Origin: Azolla caroliniana
Lineage: Eukaryota > Plantae > Polypodiophyta
Assembly (NCBI GenBank): GCA_043228905.1
Contig: JBHGNT010000012.1
Coordinates: forward strand, 15,748,001 to 15,812,000
Reading direction: 5' to 3'
Length of the DNA stretch: 64,000 bases
Part shown: positions 37,231-51,204 of the stretch, piece by piece
Position numbering within the stretch: the stretch's first letter is position 1
Layout of the letters: each line of letters begins with the position of its first letter
Translations under genes and position numbers: made by a program
Notes under the pieces: model-generated
The model's database searches: none
What the model saw: the letters and a program-made list of their open reading frames with translations, nothing else
Told to the model about the DNA's origin: nothing

Positions 37231-40200
37231 TCATCTATTCGAGGTGGTAACAATAGTGGCACCAGAAGACTCTTCCTCTTCCATCCCGAGAGACTGTACA
37301 AGCATATAATGCACTTCTTCCATCCGTGGGCGGCTCGCAGCTTCTTCTTGTATACAAAGCCGCGCTATCTCACACACTGAATACAACTCCAAAGGCACCA
37401 CATTCTTCAATGTCGGATCCGCCAAGATTGCCATCTGATCTCGGCTTTGAAGAAACTGACCAGCCTAGGAATTCATCAAACATACAAAATAAATGAAATC
37501 ATAGAAAAAATACTGAAAAATTTAGAATATGTTCGGTGGCCGCCCTCAAACTGCTTTTCGGGCTTTTATGAACAAATTTAATGGTGATGAGAGGCCCGAA
37601 TAACCCTATGATAATATTCTGTGATGTGAAGAATTATGTCCATAACAATCGAAGTTGATTTTTAGATTTCATCATTCACTTTTAGAATCACTTTTACAAA
37701 CATTTCAGTGATGGGAGATGCCATAACTAACCCCCCTTCACAGTAAACAAATCAGATACTAGTTTCATAGCAGTCTAGAGACAAATTTGTAACTAAACCA
37801 AAATGATGATGGATAATGATATTTTAATGTCCTTGGAAGGTCAGATTGAAAGAGATGGGATCAAGCATACATACCCACTCAACAATGACACCAGACTCTT
37901 TGTTGAAACCGGATTTTCCTGATACAAGCTCTAAAAGCAACACGCCAAATGAATATACATCATCTGGCGGACCTTTCGATAGATTCCCATTCAAATGTGA
38001 ATTAACAATCACTTGATCTTTTTTTGGCTTGCCATGGCGAGACGGTGTACATATGCCATTGATCTTGCAAAAACAATAAGGTGAATTGGTTAGGGTCTTT
38101 AGTTTCCATCAAAACAAACAAAATGGACAGAATATGTAGGCAAACTATCAAAAATAGCCTCCTATTTTAATATGAGGTTAAGAAGCTGGCGATTCATGGT
38201 GAAAGACTATGGTAAATGAAGTTCGCAGGAGTTGGAAACAATGATTACTAAGTGGTTATTAATTTATATGGAATTTATATACAAGCCCTACTATGCTTGC
38301 AGATTCAGCATGAAATAGTGTTGAATTGTCTGTCAACTGTCATAACATCAAATTTGATTTATTAATCCATCCATCATATTAGCAGGTTCAAACTTTTTAC
38401 TTGCATGAAACTAATGTCTCACTACTCTGAGATCAATTTCTACCTAAAACTGACTGCAATACTAGTTCTTTTAGCATATATTTCAAGTACTTCATTTCCA
38501 TCACTTCTCTGGTAAAATGTGTATATAATACAGGTACTGCACGTTGAGGTCTGGGTTATGGCAAGGACACTAACTGTGGCCCTGTCAAACCAAGAGTCAC
38601 ACCTAGGCAGAGCTGCAGAGAACATGGTATGTCCAGCAAGCTTGGATATGGTTTTCCATTTAAAACCCATGGATTACAGACAGTATCTCCCCATGGCTTT
38701 GGAGCATCTTTTCTTATTAATGCCAGGGGTTCTTTATCCTGAGATGGCATTAGAAGCATTTCTCACTCATAGGAAAATATGCATGGATGGAAGATAGGAC
38801 ACACTGTCAAGATGAACTTAGCTCAAATGAAGATAAAAAGGATATCTACTTATGCAACACTGCATATTCAAGCAATTTGATTGTCTGTCAGTTGGGTCTT
38901 CTGCTTATTGAGTTCAGTCAGTTGAGTGGATCATTGCTAGTTGTAATTCAGCTTAGGACCACTTCCCAACATTTTTAATACATATAATGCCAACTTTTTA
39001 GTTTCAAAAAGTTCAGCGAGCCCTATTTAACATTTTCCCTCACCACATCATGGACATAAGCTACTTGTTCAGGCTTCTCATTTCCCCTGCATACATTAGG
39101 AAACATTTTGACTGAAAATTGAGCCATGTAAGAAACACTACAACATTGCTGTGTTACTAAAACACTATCAATGCTTTCATTGGAAAGATCTTAATGGAGG
39201 AATCCAAAACATTAACAACTGATCTGCTTGAAGTTTGAGAGTAAAAAGGATTTTGGAATAATCTAGGTGCTTCAACATCCCAAGCTAGAGCCTGATGGAT
39301 TATAGTACAGACTCATCATACGTAGCATGGTCATTGCCCAGTCCACCTTGTTTGGGTCTTTCTAATTCATATTTGATAAAGTTGCATGTCGTGTGATGTA
39401 CATTTCACATGGTTTTTGCATGCCATATCAGATAATGCCACATTGTATTTTTGTGGAATTTTGAACCATACTGCTATACCCTTACAAGTTTTGTACCATA
39501 TGCTTGGGTCTTGACACATAGAAAACATACGAGCAGGATAAGTCAATGTGACATGAAATCACAGAAAAGCAATTACAATGAAGCACATGCACACCCATAT
39601 TTTATATATTATGATTGATCTCCATACACATACTGTATATGTGGTTTATAACTCAAGTATCAAAAAAGTAAAAATTATGTAGAAATATTCAAATTCCTGC
39701 AGTTTGCCTCGCATCATAGAACAAGCAAAGCATTTTATGAAGCATAAACAAAAGATCCATGCATCAGGTGTTTACTGTTGCATAATGTAGTAATATCAGC
39801 TTGTGGCTCATTTAAGTTAGAACTTTTATTTTTTGTTTTCTTTAGTTTGAACAGTTCTTTTTACATTTGAAGCACACAAGTTTGTATGATTTTTTGTTTC
39901 TATGCTTGATGAGAATAATGTATCATGCATATTAGGCAAACTGACAAACTATACAAGTTTTTATGAGTGTATGTTTCTATGTATGCATGATGAGCACAAT
40001 GTAAGTGCATACCTCACACTGAAAAGCGCATATAGACATTCATGCATACAAATACTCACATACTGTCCATACTGATATATGTTTTCACATAGCTAGAAAT
40101 AAATTATCAATGATGTGCTACAATTCCTTTTCATATATGCCGTTTTCTTCCTTAGTATTGAAGACATGTTTGAAACACACATGAACAGTTGATGTATTAT

Positions 40201-42050
40201 TCATTACCTTTGCGCTAAAATCATCTGTCAGTAAGACATTGTGTGATGTGAGATCGCCATGTGTTACAGGAGAACCGCCTAAACCATGTAAATATTGCAT
40301 CACAGAAGCTGTTCCAATTGCAACACGCATCCTCTGTTTCCATGAGAGAGGCTCATCATCTTTAACACAATAGACTCCACCCATTAGAGGTTTTGTGATT
40401 AACACAAATTTCATTAATATTATTATAACATAACAAAGACATTGTCAATGATACAATGAAGTGAGAGTTGTCTTGTTTGGGACATATATAAATTACAGAA
40501 AGGGGATTTATGTTTTACCATTATCAAGGTTGTTGAAGAGGCTACCATTTGGGGCATATTCAAAAACCAGCATCCTGTGTTTTAAATATTAATCAGCTCC
40601 TTTTTTAATGATAACTATTTTGAAAACCATTGAAGAGGTTAAGCTTTGTCTTTAACATTAATGAACTCTCTTTTACACTCTGCATTACTGTAAACCTTGC
40701 ATAAAAATCATCGCTGAAATACTAAGGATCACAAAACTGCAATACCACCACAAAAAGAGAAATAACTACACATATTCCAACTGTGAATCTACCTATGATG
40801 ATTTTCTTCACAGATTCCTATAAGATTTGCAAGATGCCGATGGTGTATCCGTGAATATAAATCCACCTAGCAAAAGGAAAGGCCAAAACAAGATGTGATT
40901 CCACAATCAAAGAATAACAAAAGGAAAACCTCAAATGTTCATGAGATACAGAACAATCTTTAAACACCTACACATGCGGATGCAGATGTGTAGGTATAGC
41001 CTATAGGTATAGGTGAGGGTGTAGGTGTTATAGGTATAGCTATATGCTTTTTATATATATTGAAAACAATGGGACATGTATTTAGCCAACATTGTTAAAG
41101 TTTTGTTTTTTAAGTGGTACTGAATTCGGCTGAAGTTGTGAGTGACAGAAGTACCTGAGAACAGAAATCCTCCACATCCATCCCAGTGGGGGGGCTTCTC
41201 TTTAATGTTTTTATTGCAACTTCTGTCCCATCAGTCAGTACACCTTTATATATTCGATGGCAGACTGTCTCATCTATGAGGTTACTAAATCCCTCGGAGC
41301 ACTCATCAATCTGTTTGAATGTAAAATCCTTTCTAGGAACTGCTGATAATAAAAGAACAAAAACTAATTAATTTTATTCAACATGGTATAACTTGATTTA
41401 AAAAAAAGTGAATTGTATACTAACAGATTATATCTTTACAATGGAAAAGCAAGTGAACGTAGATCATAAAATGCATGTCAGAATGTAGTCACATTGTTAC
41501 AACCTTTAAATTTTATGATTCAAATGAGCACATCGTAAAAGAAGTTCAAAAAATATTTGGTCAACTTCCAACTGGAGCATTTTTCATTATTGTCAAAATC
41601 ACCTCCATCCATGGTCATTATTTAGGAAGACTTAACATCTTATGTCGTGTTTCTTAACTACATAGATTCATCAGGATGTCCAATATGGTCCCAGTGGTCC
41701 TATGTAGCAACTTCTGAAACAACCTAGTTATATATGTATGTTATTATATATATCTTAGAGAATCTATTGAGTAAAAAGTTCCTAATGTAACATGATCAAT
41801 AATTAATGAAATAGGATTAATGTATTCTTTTACCATTTGGACTTGATTGTTTTACAAATTGTGAAGATGAATGATTAATAAATCATGTACTGAAAAAGAA
41901 AAGAGTTGCCATAAGCTAAAAAGTGAAACAATTCAGATATAAAGTGTCTCTTTTGGAAATGACGCATCCTTGAAATTCAAGTGAATGATAAGTCTCTGTC
42001 TATCTTACTTTTAGAAGTCTCTTCTGATACCGGTGAATCAAATCCTTTTC
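37231..42050 (-). CDS. Atypical (probably inactive) receptor-like kinase domain, LRR-VI-2/MDIS-MRH1-like; exons 42050-42009, 41339(41342)-41155, 40866-40793, 40574-40519, 40359-40208, 38063-37875, 37464-37231; start codon unresolved
   Basis: Spliced frame: FSNLIDETVCHRIYKGVLTDGTEVAIK...VDLYSRIHHRHLANLIGICEE..RMLVFEYAPNGSL..LSWKQRMRVAIG..HGDLTSHNVLLTDDFSAK|INGI..DVYSFGVLLLELVSGK..LCIQEEAASRPRM; all splice phases are consistent; no Gly-rich loop and no DFG. Confidence 0.88.
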
Positions 42051-44649
42051 CTGAAATGCAAGAGAAAATTGGTATGTGTATCTTCCTGTGTGATAGCAAA
42101 AACAGAGTATTGGCAAAGACAGCTATAAAATCCAAATAAAATGATGGGAAAACCTCTGAAATATCCTTGAGCTTCTTCTTTAAATCCCCAAATGCCCCAA
42201 ATTTTCTATTAGTTCTTCAAAATGCCATTGGTCAACACCCTCTCAGAAAACCATACATGTCATGTCATTTGAGCAATTATATGGTCATAATTCATCCACA
42301 TTTTCTCTCTTTCTCATGGTGATGGTCAGTAACATTTCGCAAAAAACAAAAATATGTGGCACTTGGGGAAATAAAGAAAAGCTCAAGGTATTCTGGAGTT
42401 TATTTCTCCCTACAAAGATTCTGCACCGGAAAAAATATGCCGAATTCCATACTTCCAAAATGCCCAAGTCATTGTATGTTCTTCTAGTCTGCCCTCAGCC
42501 CAAATCATTTAGCAAATATTCACTCCTACATCCAAATTGACAATGCTGCATGAGTGAAACTGCAACTTATTAGTGCCATTGTAAACAATTCTTCTTGATC
42601 AATGTCAAGCTTCCATGTTCATTTATTCAAAAAGGTTACATTCAACATGTATTGTACTGGTTGAAATAGTGTCCTATCATTCTTATCTACCATTGCATAA
42701 TTTAACAATATTTCAAAATACATTCTAGACTCATGAAACGCTATTCCAAATAGCAATATATAAATCATGTTCATGTGAAAACTACTCAAATCCAATAAAT
42801 GTAGGGATAGCAATACATAACGTTGTTCACACAAATGGATGGTTAAGAAACTAAAACCTCCAATATAAAAAGAAAAATATGGGGGATTTTGGTCCATGCT
42901 ATATACATAATGATGTTCATACTCTTGCTTTCCTTCAATATAGACACCCAAAACGCTAATATTTGTCGTTTCTGGCATGTTTTTGCATCCTTTTCTTCTC
43001 TTATTCCTTCCACCTCACTATTTTACTGGGAATATGAGATACATGGCAATAATATACTATTAATCCCATCTTTGTCCTATTTACCCTGCAGTTCGTTTCT
43101 TTACTTTCTCCCCGTATATATTAGAATTTACCAGGTTCAAGTGGGATGTAATTTCTCTCAGTAGCTCATTTTTAGCCTTTTGAAGGCGTCAACAAAACAT
43201 TGAGCTTTGCTGGCAAAGTTGTTCAGAGAGTCTGGTTGTTAATAATATTGTCCTGGGTTCTTCAAGTTCTCAATGTTTTTTGAAATGGAAGAAAGACCAA
43301 TGGAATTCTAGCTCTTCAAAGATCCTACATATATATTGTGCAAGTGAGAATTCATGCAAACGACTTGCATACTGCACACCACGAAGGCGTCACAAAAGTC
43401 TGTTTATCACTTCTATTTTATCTTCATCATCATATTATCACCATCATGTCATCATCTTCATCATGCTTGTCTGCAAGCTTGTAGATAATTGGTGTAATAT
43501 GATGGGTGATTTACCCTAAGTAATGTTTAAGGAGAACATAAGTTCCTTGAATCACCATATAGCTGGCAAGTGCCGGGTAATAGCGAGTGGTTTCATAACA
43601 ATGCCCATGTTGACGTAGTCAACTGTCCTATCATGGCCTCCATATCCTCATAATCATCCTCATCACTAATATCATGGCCATTGTCCTCATCCCCATCCCT
43701 GACCCACCCTCAGTGGATTAACCTTGAAGAGGAACCCTTAGCTTCTTGGGGCATTGGATTCTTACCGATGTTTGGGTACCCATCACCATTGCATCCTTGT
43801 CATCATCATCTCTCATATACAATTCTTATTTCAAGTTCAATTATCTATTATGACAATGATGATATGGTCACAATATCATCATCATCATCATCATCATGCC
43901 ATCATCTGTAAATGTTAGTCAAATTCAATTATCTGTGATGAAATGGCCACAATGGCATCATCATCATCATCATCAACATGTCATCATCATCTCTCATATA
44001 TAAATCTCAGTCAAATTCAATTATCCACCCAGCCAAAAGTGGTTTGCAACATTCTCTGTCTTACATAATAATCATACAGATCTTAGTCAAAAGATCCATT
44101 ATATTGCACCAAAATAAAGGAAGAAGAAGAAAAGAACAAGTGAACCCAACAAGCTACAAACGCTCGAGAGAACCCAACAGAGGAGAAAGAAAGGAAATAT
44201 AAGTACCTGTCCAGGAGGTTCTGCGATGGCAAGAGAGATATTCCTGATCATTTCATAAATATCAGAATTTTAGGTCAAGGAGAAAGGACTCGGTGACAGA
44301 AGATGATGATCATGAATTTATATACAAAAATCATAAAGGAAAGGAAAGCAGGGAGATAGAAGAGAAAACAGATATCAACGAGGACAAACTGGAGAAGGAG
44401 GATAAGAAAGAAAAAGGGGGGAAACTCATAACAATACTAATGAGAAACGAAGAAGAAGAAGAAGGAAGAAGAAGAAGAAGAAGAAGGGGAATGGTACCTT
44501 ATGAGATTTCTGAAGAGCAGGACAAAAAATGGCAGAAGCAGATTTCTGAAGAGCAGGACAAAAAATGGCAGAAGCAGAACAAAAATGGAGCTTCTAGTCA
44601 CACTGCTTCTGTCTTTTCATATTTACACCATTGGCAGCAATGCTTGTAA

Positions 44650-44681
44650 GGTATGTATGTACATATGTATCATTATGTATG

Positions 44682-44713
<32 letters not shown>

Positions 44714-45380
44714 TGTATGTATGTATGTATGTATGTATGTATGTATGTATGTATGTATGCATGTAATGTATGTGTGTATATGTATGTAGTGTATGTATGT
44801 ATATGTAATGTATGTATGTATATAGGTAGGTATGTATGTATGTATGTAGTAATGTATGTATGTATGTATCATTATGTATGTATGTATGTGTGTATATATA
44901 TGTATGTATGTAATGTATGTTGTATGCATCTATGCATGCATGCATGCATGAATGTATGTATGTATGTGTGTATATATATGTATGTATGTAATGTATGTTG
45001 TATGCATGTATGTATGTATGTATGTATGTATGTATGTATGTATGTATGTAGTAATGTATGTATGTATGTATGTAGGTAGGTATATATAGGTATACGTAGG
45101 TATATGTATGTATGTGAATTGTAATGTATGTATGTAATGTATGTATATGTATGTATGTATGTATGTATGTAGTAATGTATGTATGTATGTATGTATGTGA
45201 ATTGTAATGTATGTATGTATGTATGTATGTAATATATGTTGTATGCATCTATGCATGCATGCATGCATGTATGTATGTATGTATGTATCTATGCATCTAT
45301 AGATGTATGTATGTATGTATGTTTGTATGTATGTATGTATGTATTTATGTATATGTGTGTGTGCGTGTGTGTGCGCGCGC
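44650..45380. repeat. Long compound (TATG)n microsatellite
   Basis: About 730 bp of tatg units with internal higher-order duplications; ends in (GT)/(GC) runs. Confidence 0.97.
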
Positions 45381-48263
45381 TTGAGCTAGGAGAAAGAAAG
45401 AAAGATATATTAACGTCTTCTAAGACCAAAATTGGCCCATGAGACTATGTCATGAAGCCATAGGCTGACCCTTTACTATGTCATTCTTTTTAAAAAAGAA
45501 GAAGAAGAAATCCTATCATTAGTGTAAACATTTTAGAAGATTTTAAACTCTATGTGATCTGCCATTCTTAACATCTAACTCTGACAACTTTCTATGCCAT
45601 GGTGGCCATAGCATCAAACTCTTGACTTCGATCACTTGAGCTCACAACTTTAGTCTAGAAGAGTTCTGATCTCGGCGCATGTGATGAGATCATGTGAATC
45701 GGGCCTCTGTTCATCTGTTCTTTTCCAATGGAATTCTGTCTTCCTATATTTTTGGAACTTGCATTGTGTGGAAAGCTTGATCCCAAGCTCTTGCGTTGAT
45801 GAGTTATGTCATTCACATGACAACGGTCTTTTTCAAAACCTACCTATCGAGCATTAACACATGTTATGTCATTCACATGAGAATCAATCTTTTCGAAGAA
45901 AATAATCGAAGTTTTCATATGTAGCCTTAACATCTTCCATTTTCCACTTTATATATCTCCTGTCATCACCTCTCATTTCCTCTTCCTTTTCATGAGGTCT
46001 CTTTGCTTGATCTTTTTGTACTATACACATCTAGCCTAATCTTCCTGGATTTGTCCCTATGTTTAGGATATTTGTTGTCATATGCGAACAATCATTTTAT
46101 ATTTAAATATATAATACTAATTTATTTCGTTTACAAGGGTGATGATGCCGCGTCGAGTTGTTTTGAATTTTAATCTCCCCCGTATCTATTTCCTTTTCAA
46201 CGATTTTATTTTCAAAATTTACATATCTACCATAATCTCCATTATTATTGAAAAAGTGGGGATAATTGCTCTTGTAACTACTAGTCTCAAACCTTATCTT
46301 CCTAATCCCCCGCAATGTATCGATTTAATCTCTACTAGTAAGGCATTTTGAAATCTTTAAAGTTCGTTGCTAACAAACTAGTAATCCCTTGCAATGTCCG
46401 ACGTGATTCCGGCTTGAAATTCCCATAAATCAAAATTGAGCCAATTCATATTTTTTGAGCCGGCTATTTATGTAGTTTTTAAAAAAAAAAAAGGTAAAAA
46501 GAAAAAACAATTTTCACATAGGAAGAGGTCATTTGTAGTTCAATCCCTTACATGGTCATTATTTTGCATAAGATTGCAAACATAAGGGTTTGACTTTAGT
46601 TAGATATGTCACACCATTTTTGGAAAGTGTGTGTTTGGGTAAATGTTGTCATTGAAGATCTAAAGCAAAGCAAATAGGCGGAGAACAAGTTCAATTTGCT
46701 CACAAACTCTCTCTCTCTACATGTGTGTGTATATATGTATGTACATAGATAATTCATTTGCATTATGCCCAAGAGAAAACACTCTAATCATCACTTTCAT
46801 TTGTTGTAGGTTGTTTTTATAACCAACTACTAGATTTTACATATTCATTAAATTAAAGAGAGTCACTAATTGAGAAGCATAATATGGCCCCATCACATGA
46901 TGTTTTGAAGATCTATGGGTTGGCAAATGTCTGCTTGCATTAGCTGGGTTTTGACGGTTGTGATCGAAAAGGAAGCATCATTTGAAATTGAAACAATTGA
47001 CTTCTGGAAGGGCGATAACAAGACTCATTATCTCACATTGCAAGTTAGTATGAATCAATTATTTGCCACACAATAATTGTTAATTTATTTATTTTATCAC
47101 AATCTCTAAATCATCATTATTTCTTTCTCTAATCATAGCTAAATTTTGTTCATCATAAAGGTCTATGTTTGGGGAAAAAGTTCTACTTGTTCACAAGTGC
47201 AGGTAATTGGAAACAACAAACTCCAAAATAATATTCAATGAGTTTATGGCATTATTTCATGTTTTGAAAACTTATGTTTTTCAAAGTGAAGAAGAGATTC
47301 CATAGTTATTAGCATTGTATTTCAAGGCTTGGGTTGTTGCTCATGTTTCATTTATTGGTTGTGCATGAGAATATTTGTTATTCTAGGACATGGCTATTTT
47401 GAGAAAACAAAAAAGTCTGATTAGATACAATCAATGAAATTTTAGACCTAGATCATGCTAGCCTTGGACCACAACTTTTTTGATTCTTCATTATATCTTT
47501 ACATAGTAGTCTCTAAACAAATGGTTGGTTCTTCAAGACCACATTAACATCATGGGTTATACTAATTGCCATTATTTTATATTTCTCCATTGTTCTAATG
47601 ATCATACAATTGTTTCTTGATGCTTTTGAAGCCATTTGGAATGATTCCGGTCTTGCAAGATGGAGACTTCTACATTTGTGGTATGTTTCTCTCATTGTAC
47701 AACATGCTTTCTTCTCATTAATGAGCTATAATCATGAAGGTATTATAGTATCATGGATTCATATTTATTGATAGTACGCAACAAAACTATGTTCTTTTAA
47801 TGTTATGTGAGCAACATTGGTATTTGAATTTATGGAATGAGAGAGATACATGAGCATACATTGTGTGTATGAGAGAGCGAGAGAGAGTACCTATCGGTGC
47901 CATTTCAGCTTGTCCCACTACCCATGTAGTGCTGAAATCACTCAGTTGTGGTACCATTATGACATTTTTCACACACATTTATTACTATGATTGCGTTTTT
48001 TCACCAAAAGAAAAGAAATTTGAGAGAAAGATATTATAGATCACGCGTGTTAATGGAATTTTAGTGTCAATATAGTCAAAGAGTATTTCAACTACAAGGA
48101 CAAAAAGTTAGAGTTCAAGGCCCATGACTCATGATATAAACCCTTATTTATACATCTCCTCTTAAGGGGCCATTTTTTTCCCTACCACAGTTTCTTCCAC
48201 TAGAACTCAATGAGGCATTAATGACCCATATGCTCATTGTAAGGGGATTTACTTGTTGTTGTG

Positions 48264-48315
<52 letters not shown>

Positions 48316-48379
48316 ATTGTTGACTTTGGAGGTAAAATATGACCTATGAGACAAAAAATATTACACTTCACGTGATATG

Positions 48380-49455
48380 TGTGAAAGTGAGTAGTGATTC
48401 TCGATGTTCAAGAACTTTACCAATTGCAATCGAGAGTGCACATTGTGGTTGTGAGAGGAATTCATGCAAGGATTGGGCTCAGTCGAAGAGATGTCGAAAG
48501 CATGGTCGAATATGATCAAAGGCAAAGCATTCTATCAAAGTGTGATACTCAGAATCGCGAGGCAAAGTGTGCATAACTGACCACTCTCATCACTTGTGCC
48601 CCAACGCCCTGTCTCACATCGCAATGCATGTGAGCTAAGCTGCATGGAAGCAATGGTTCAAATAACAGATAATGGTATGGGCTTTAACATGTATCGATGT
48701 GTACGGTTTCCCTGTTCCGCAAAGAATATGGTTTTGTAGTTCAGTGCACCATGTGTAGTATAATGTGTGAAGCGTGAGCTTCCACATTTGTCCCATGTCA
48801 TGATACATTAACGTTGTAAAAATGCCTCATTTACAAAAGAATCTAGTGATGCATCATGAAGCAAGTGTCTCGCATTCCATCTTACCAAACCAATTTTCTA
48901 TATTTTGCATCCAACTGGAACACAAAATTTTGTTTTTATCGTCTTTTGGATCTTTTTGCTTGCTTCCCATGCAATTCTAGGAAGTTGATCTAAGGAACTT
49001 TTTTGAACCTTAAGCATGTATTCAACAACCCTTTCCATGGCCATGATCTCAATGGGAAGCGATCCTGTCTCAAGGAGGAGGAGGGTGTAGGGCGTTTGTT
49101 TCTTTAACTTGTAGAAACTTTATAAGACAATGTTTTTGGACATTTTTAAACTCTTTCCACATAGATTTAGGGATGCTACCGCCCCATACATCCACCGCAT
49201 AGAGAAGAATCGGTGTCACCAAAGTGTCGAAAAGATATTTCTTGAGGACCCAACACTTAATATCTCCAAGATTGCATGTGTTCTCAAATGCATAATATGC
49301 TCTCTTACCCGCCTCTAAGTGGCGTGTAGCACATTCATTCCATCTATGATTTGAAGGAACTTCAAGCCAAGATATTTGAAGCTCTACACACATTCAAGTG
49401 GCTCATTGTTGTACATAATGCATGGTTTATCTCTTTTTTGGCTCTTCACAAGCAT
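48380..49455 (-). mobile_element. RTE/RTEX-like LINE, 3' part of the RT ORF (split by the gypsy insertion)
   Basis: MLVKSQKRDKPCIMYNNEPLE, LFDTLVTPILLYAVDVWG and a C-terminal LSSH.LRCETGRWG...LCTLC motif; continues the frame of 55660-56383. Confidence 0.85.
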
Positions 49456-49751
49456 TGTCATGATATGGCAAGACTCGAACCCATGACCTTATGTTACTAG
49501 ATTGAGCTCTTGACCATTAGACTATATGTTGTAATACGAGAGATATTATTTTCATTTAAATTTTACTATAGAAAATTGATGTATATTCCAGATTTCTCTA
49601 GAACATTCTAGAAACTTCAGGAGTACTCCTGAGAACACTCTAAAAGGAGGCGCAAGGCATTATTTCGAACCAAATCGGTTCAACGCCAGTCTTAAGCCTC
49701 CTAGCTACTATTGTATATTCTCTTAACATAATATATATCTTTTGTTATCAT

Positions 49752-49833
<82 letters not shown>

Positions 49834-51159
49834 TTCCTTCTCTCAAGAGTTCGACACCTCCCTTTGTACTAATCCTCATCTTTTAGTACTAATTCCTTCT
49901 CTGTCTTAGTACTGCTCCTGATAGTTTTAACCGATTCGTCTCCTTCCTTCTCTTCCTTTATCTCCTTCCTTCTCCCTCCCTTCATACTAATCTCTTATTC
50001 CTCTTTTCTCTCATACTATGGCCACTGTTAGCGCTCAAGAATATCAATCTGTATTTTCAAAGTTGCAATGCTTGAAAGAGAAGTTTCTCGCATTGGAACA
50101 AGAAAATCGACGACTATTGGGGGAGCTTCAACAAATTTCCTTAGAGAAGCAATAAACGTAACAACAACACGGGGAACTAGCGTTATGCGTGCAACAGCTC
50201 GAAGCAACCATAGTAGCAATGCAACAACAAGGACCCGATACGCAAGGGGTTCATAAAGAACCCAAGATCGGCCTTCCCATGAAATTCAATGGAACGCGAT
50301 CGCAGTTTAGAGGATTCCTTAATCAGGTACAATTAGTCATTCAAATGTATCCTTCCCGATATCCCACTGATGCATCATGAGTGGGTTTAGTGGGCACGTT
50401 GTTAAGTGGCTCAACTTTGGCATGGTTCGCTCCATTGTTAGAAAAGGAATCTCCTTTACTAAACAATTTTGAAGAGTTTTTAAGTGAGTTTAAAGCCCGT
50501 TTTGGAGATACTGACAACATAAGGACAACAATCAACAAAATCTGACGATTATGTCAAGGTGATCATCCAGCCTCCGCATACGCTGCAGATTTCCGCCTAC
50601 TCGCCTCTGATATCCCTTGGGATGACCAAGCACTTATGGAGCAATTTCATTATGGTCTACGTAATGATGTCAAGGATTTACCTTTGACCTTCCCCGAAGA
50701 ACCAAATTCATTGACAGAAGCAATCAGTCGCGTGGTGAGATGCAACAACCGTCTTTTCGAACGACGTTTGGAACATTAGTTCCAGATGCCAAGGGCAAGA
50801 TCAGAGCCCACCTACCCTCAATGGTAGCAAAACCTTTTCCAAGGGAGTCATATAATGTGTCCCTAGTGAATACTCCAACTTCGATGGAAATTGACACTAA
50901 ACGTCGTTGCGGACCATTATCGGAAGAAGAAAAGCAACGACGCCGAGCAAATAGACTATGTCTTTATTGCGGTGGACCAGGGCATATTGCAGTGAACTGT
51001 CCCCATAGGCCAAGAAGACAAGTGAACCAAATAGTTGCTAGCTCTAATTGTACTAAACCCGAGTCTATTTCAGTAGGAATATCTGATAGTCCTAATAGTA
51101 CTAATAGCCCAAATCTATCGAACAAATTAAATTGATGTTCTTAGTCAGTTAGAAGAAGA

Positions 51160-51204
51160 GTTAAACGACTAAGTCCAGCCAAAATAGGAGCCATTTGGTT
51201 GGAC
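51160..51204 (+). promoter_or_regulatory. -1 programmed ribosomal frameshift signal at the gag/pol junction
   Basis: G_TTA_AAC in gag phase, 6-nt spacer containing the gag stop, 11-bp hairpin GTCCAGCCAAA/TTTGGTTGGAC; the -1 frame runs into the protease ORF. Confidence 0.75.

Noticed and set aside
38440-39090. Several 60-90 aa ORFs in the kinase intron
   Set aside because: No recognisable motifs; overlapping chance ORFs.
44501-45442. Long ORFs rich in MYVC/HTYI on both strands
   Set aside because: Translations of the (TATG)n microsatellite; the short signal-peptide-like lead MELLVTLLLSF has no supporting downstream exons.
46000-46460. Broken minus-strand reading frame (RGIRKIRFETSSYKSNYP...)
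   Set aside because: Probably TE-derived but unassignable; contains stops.
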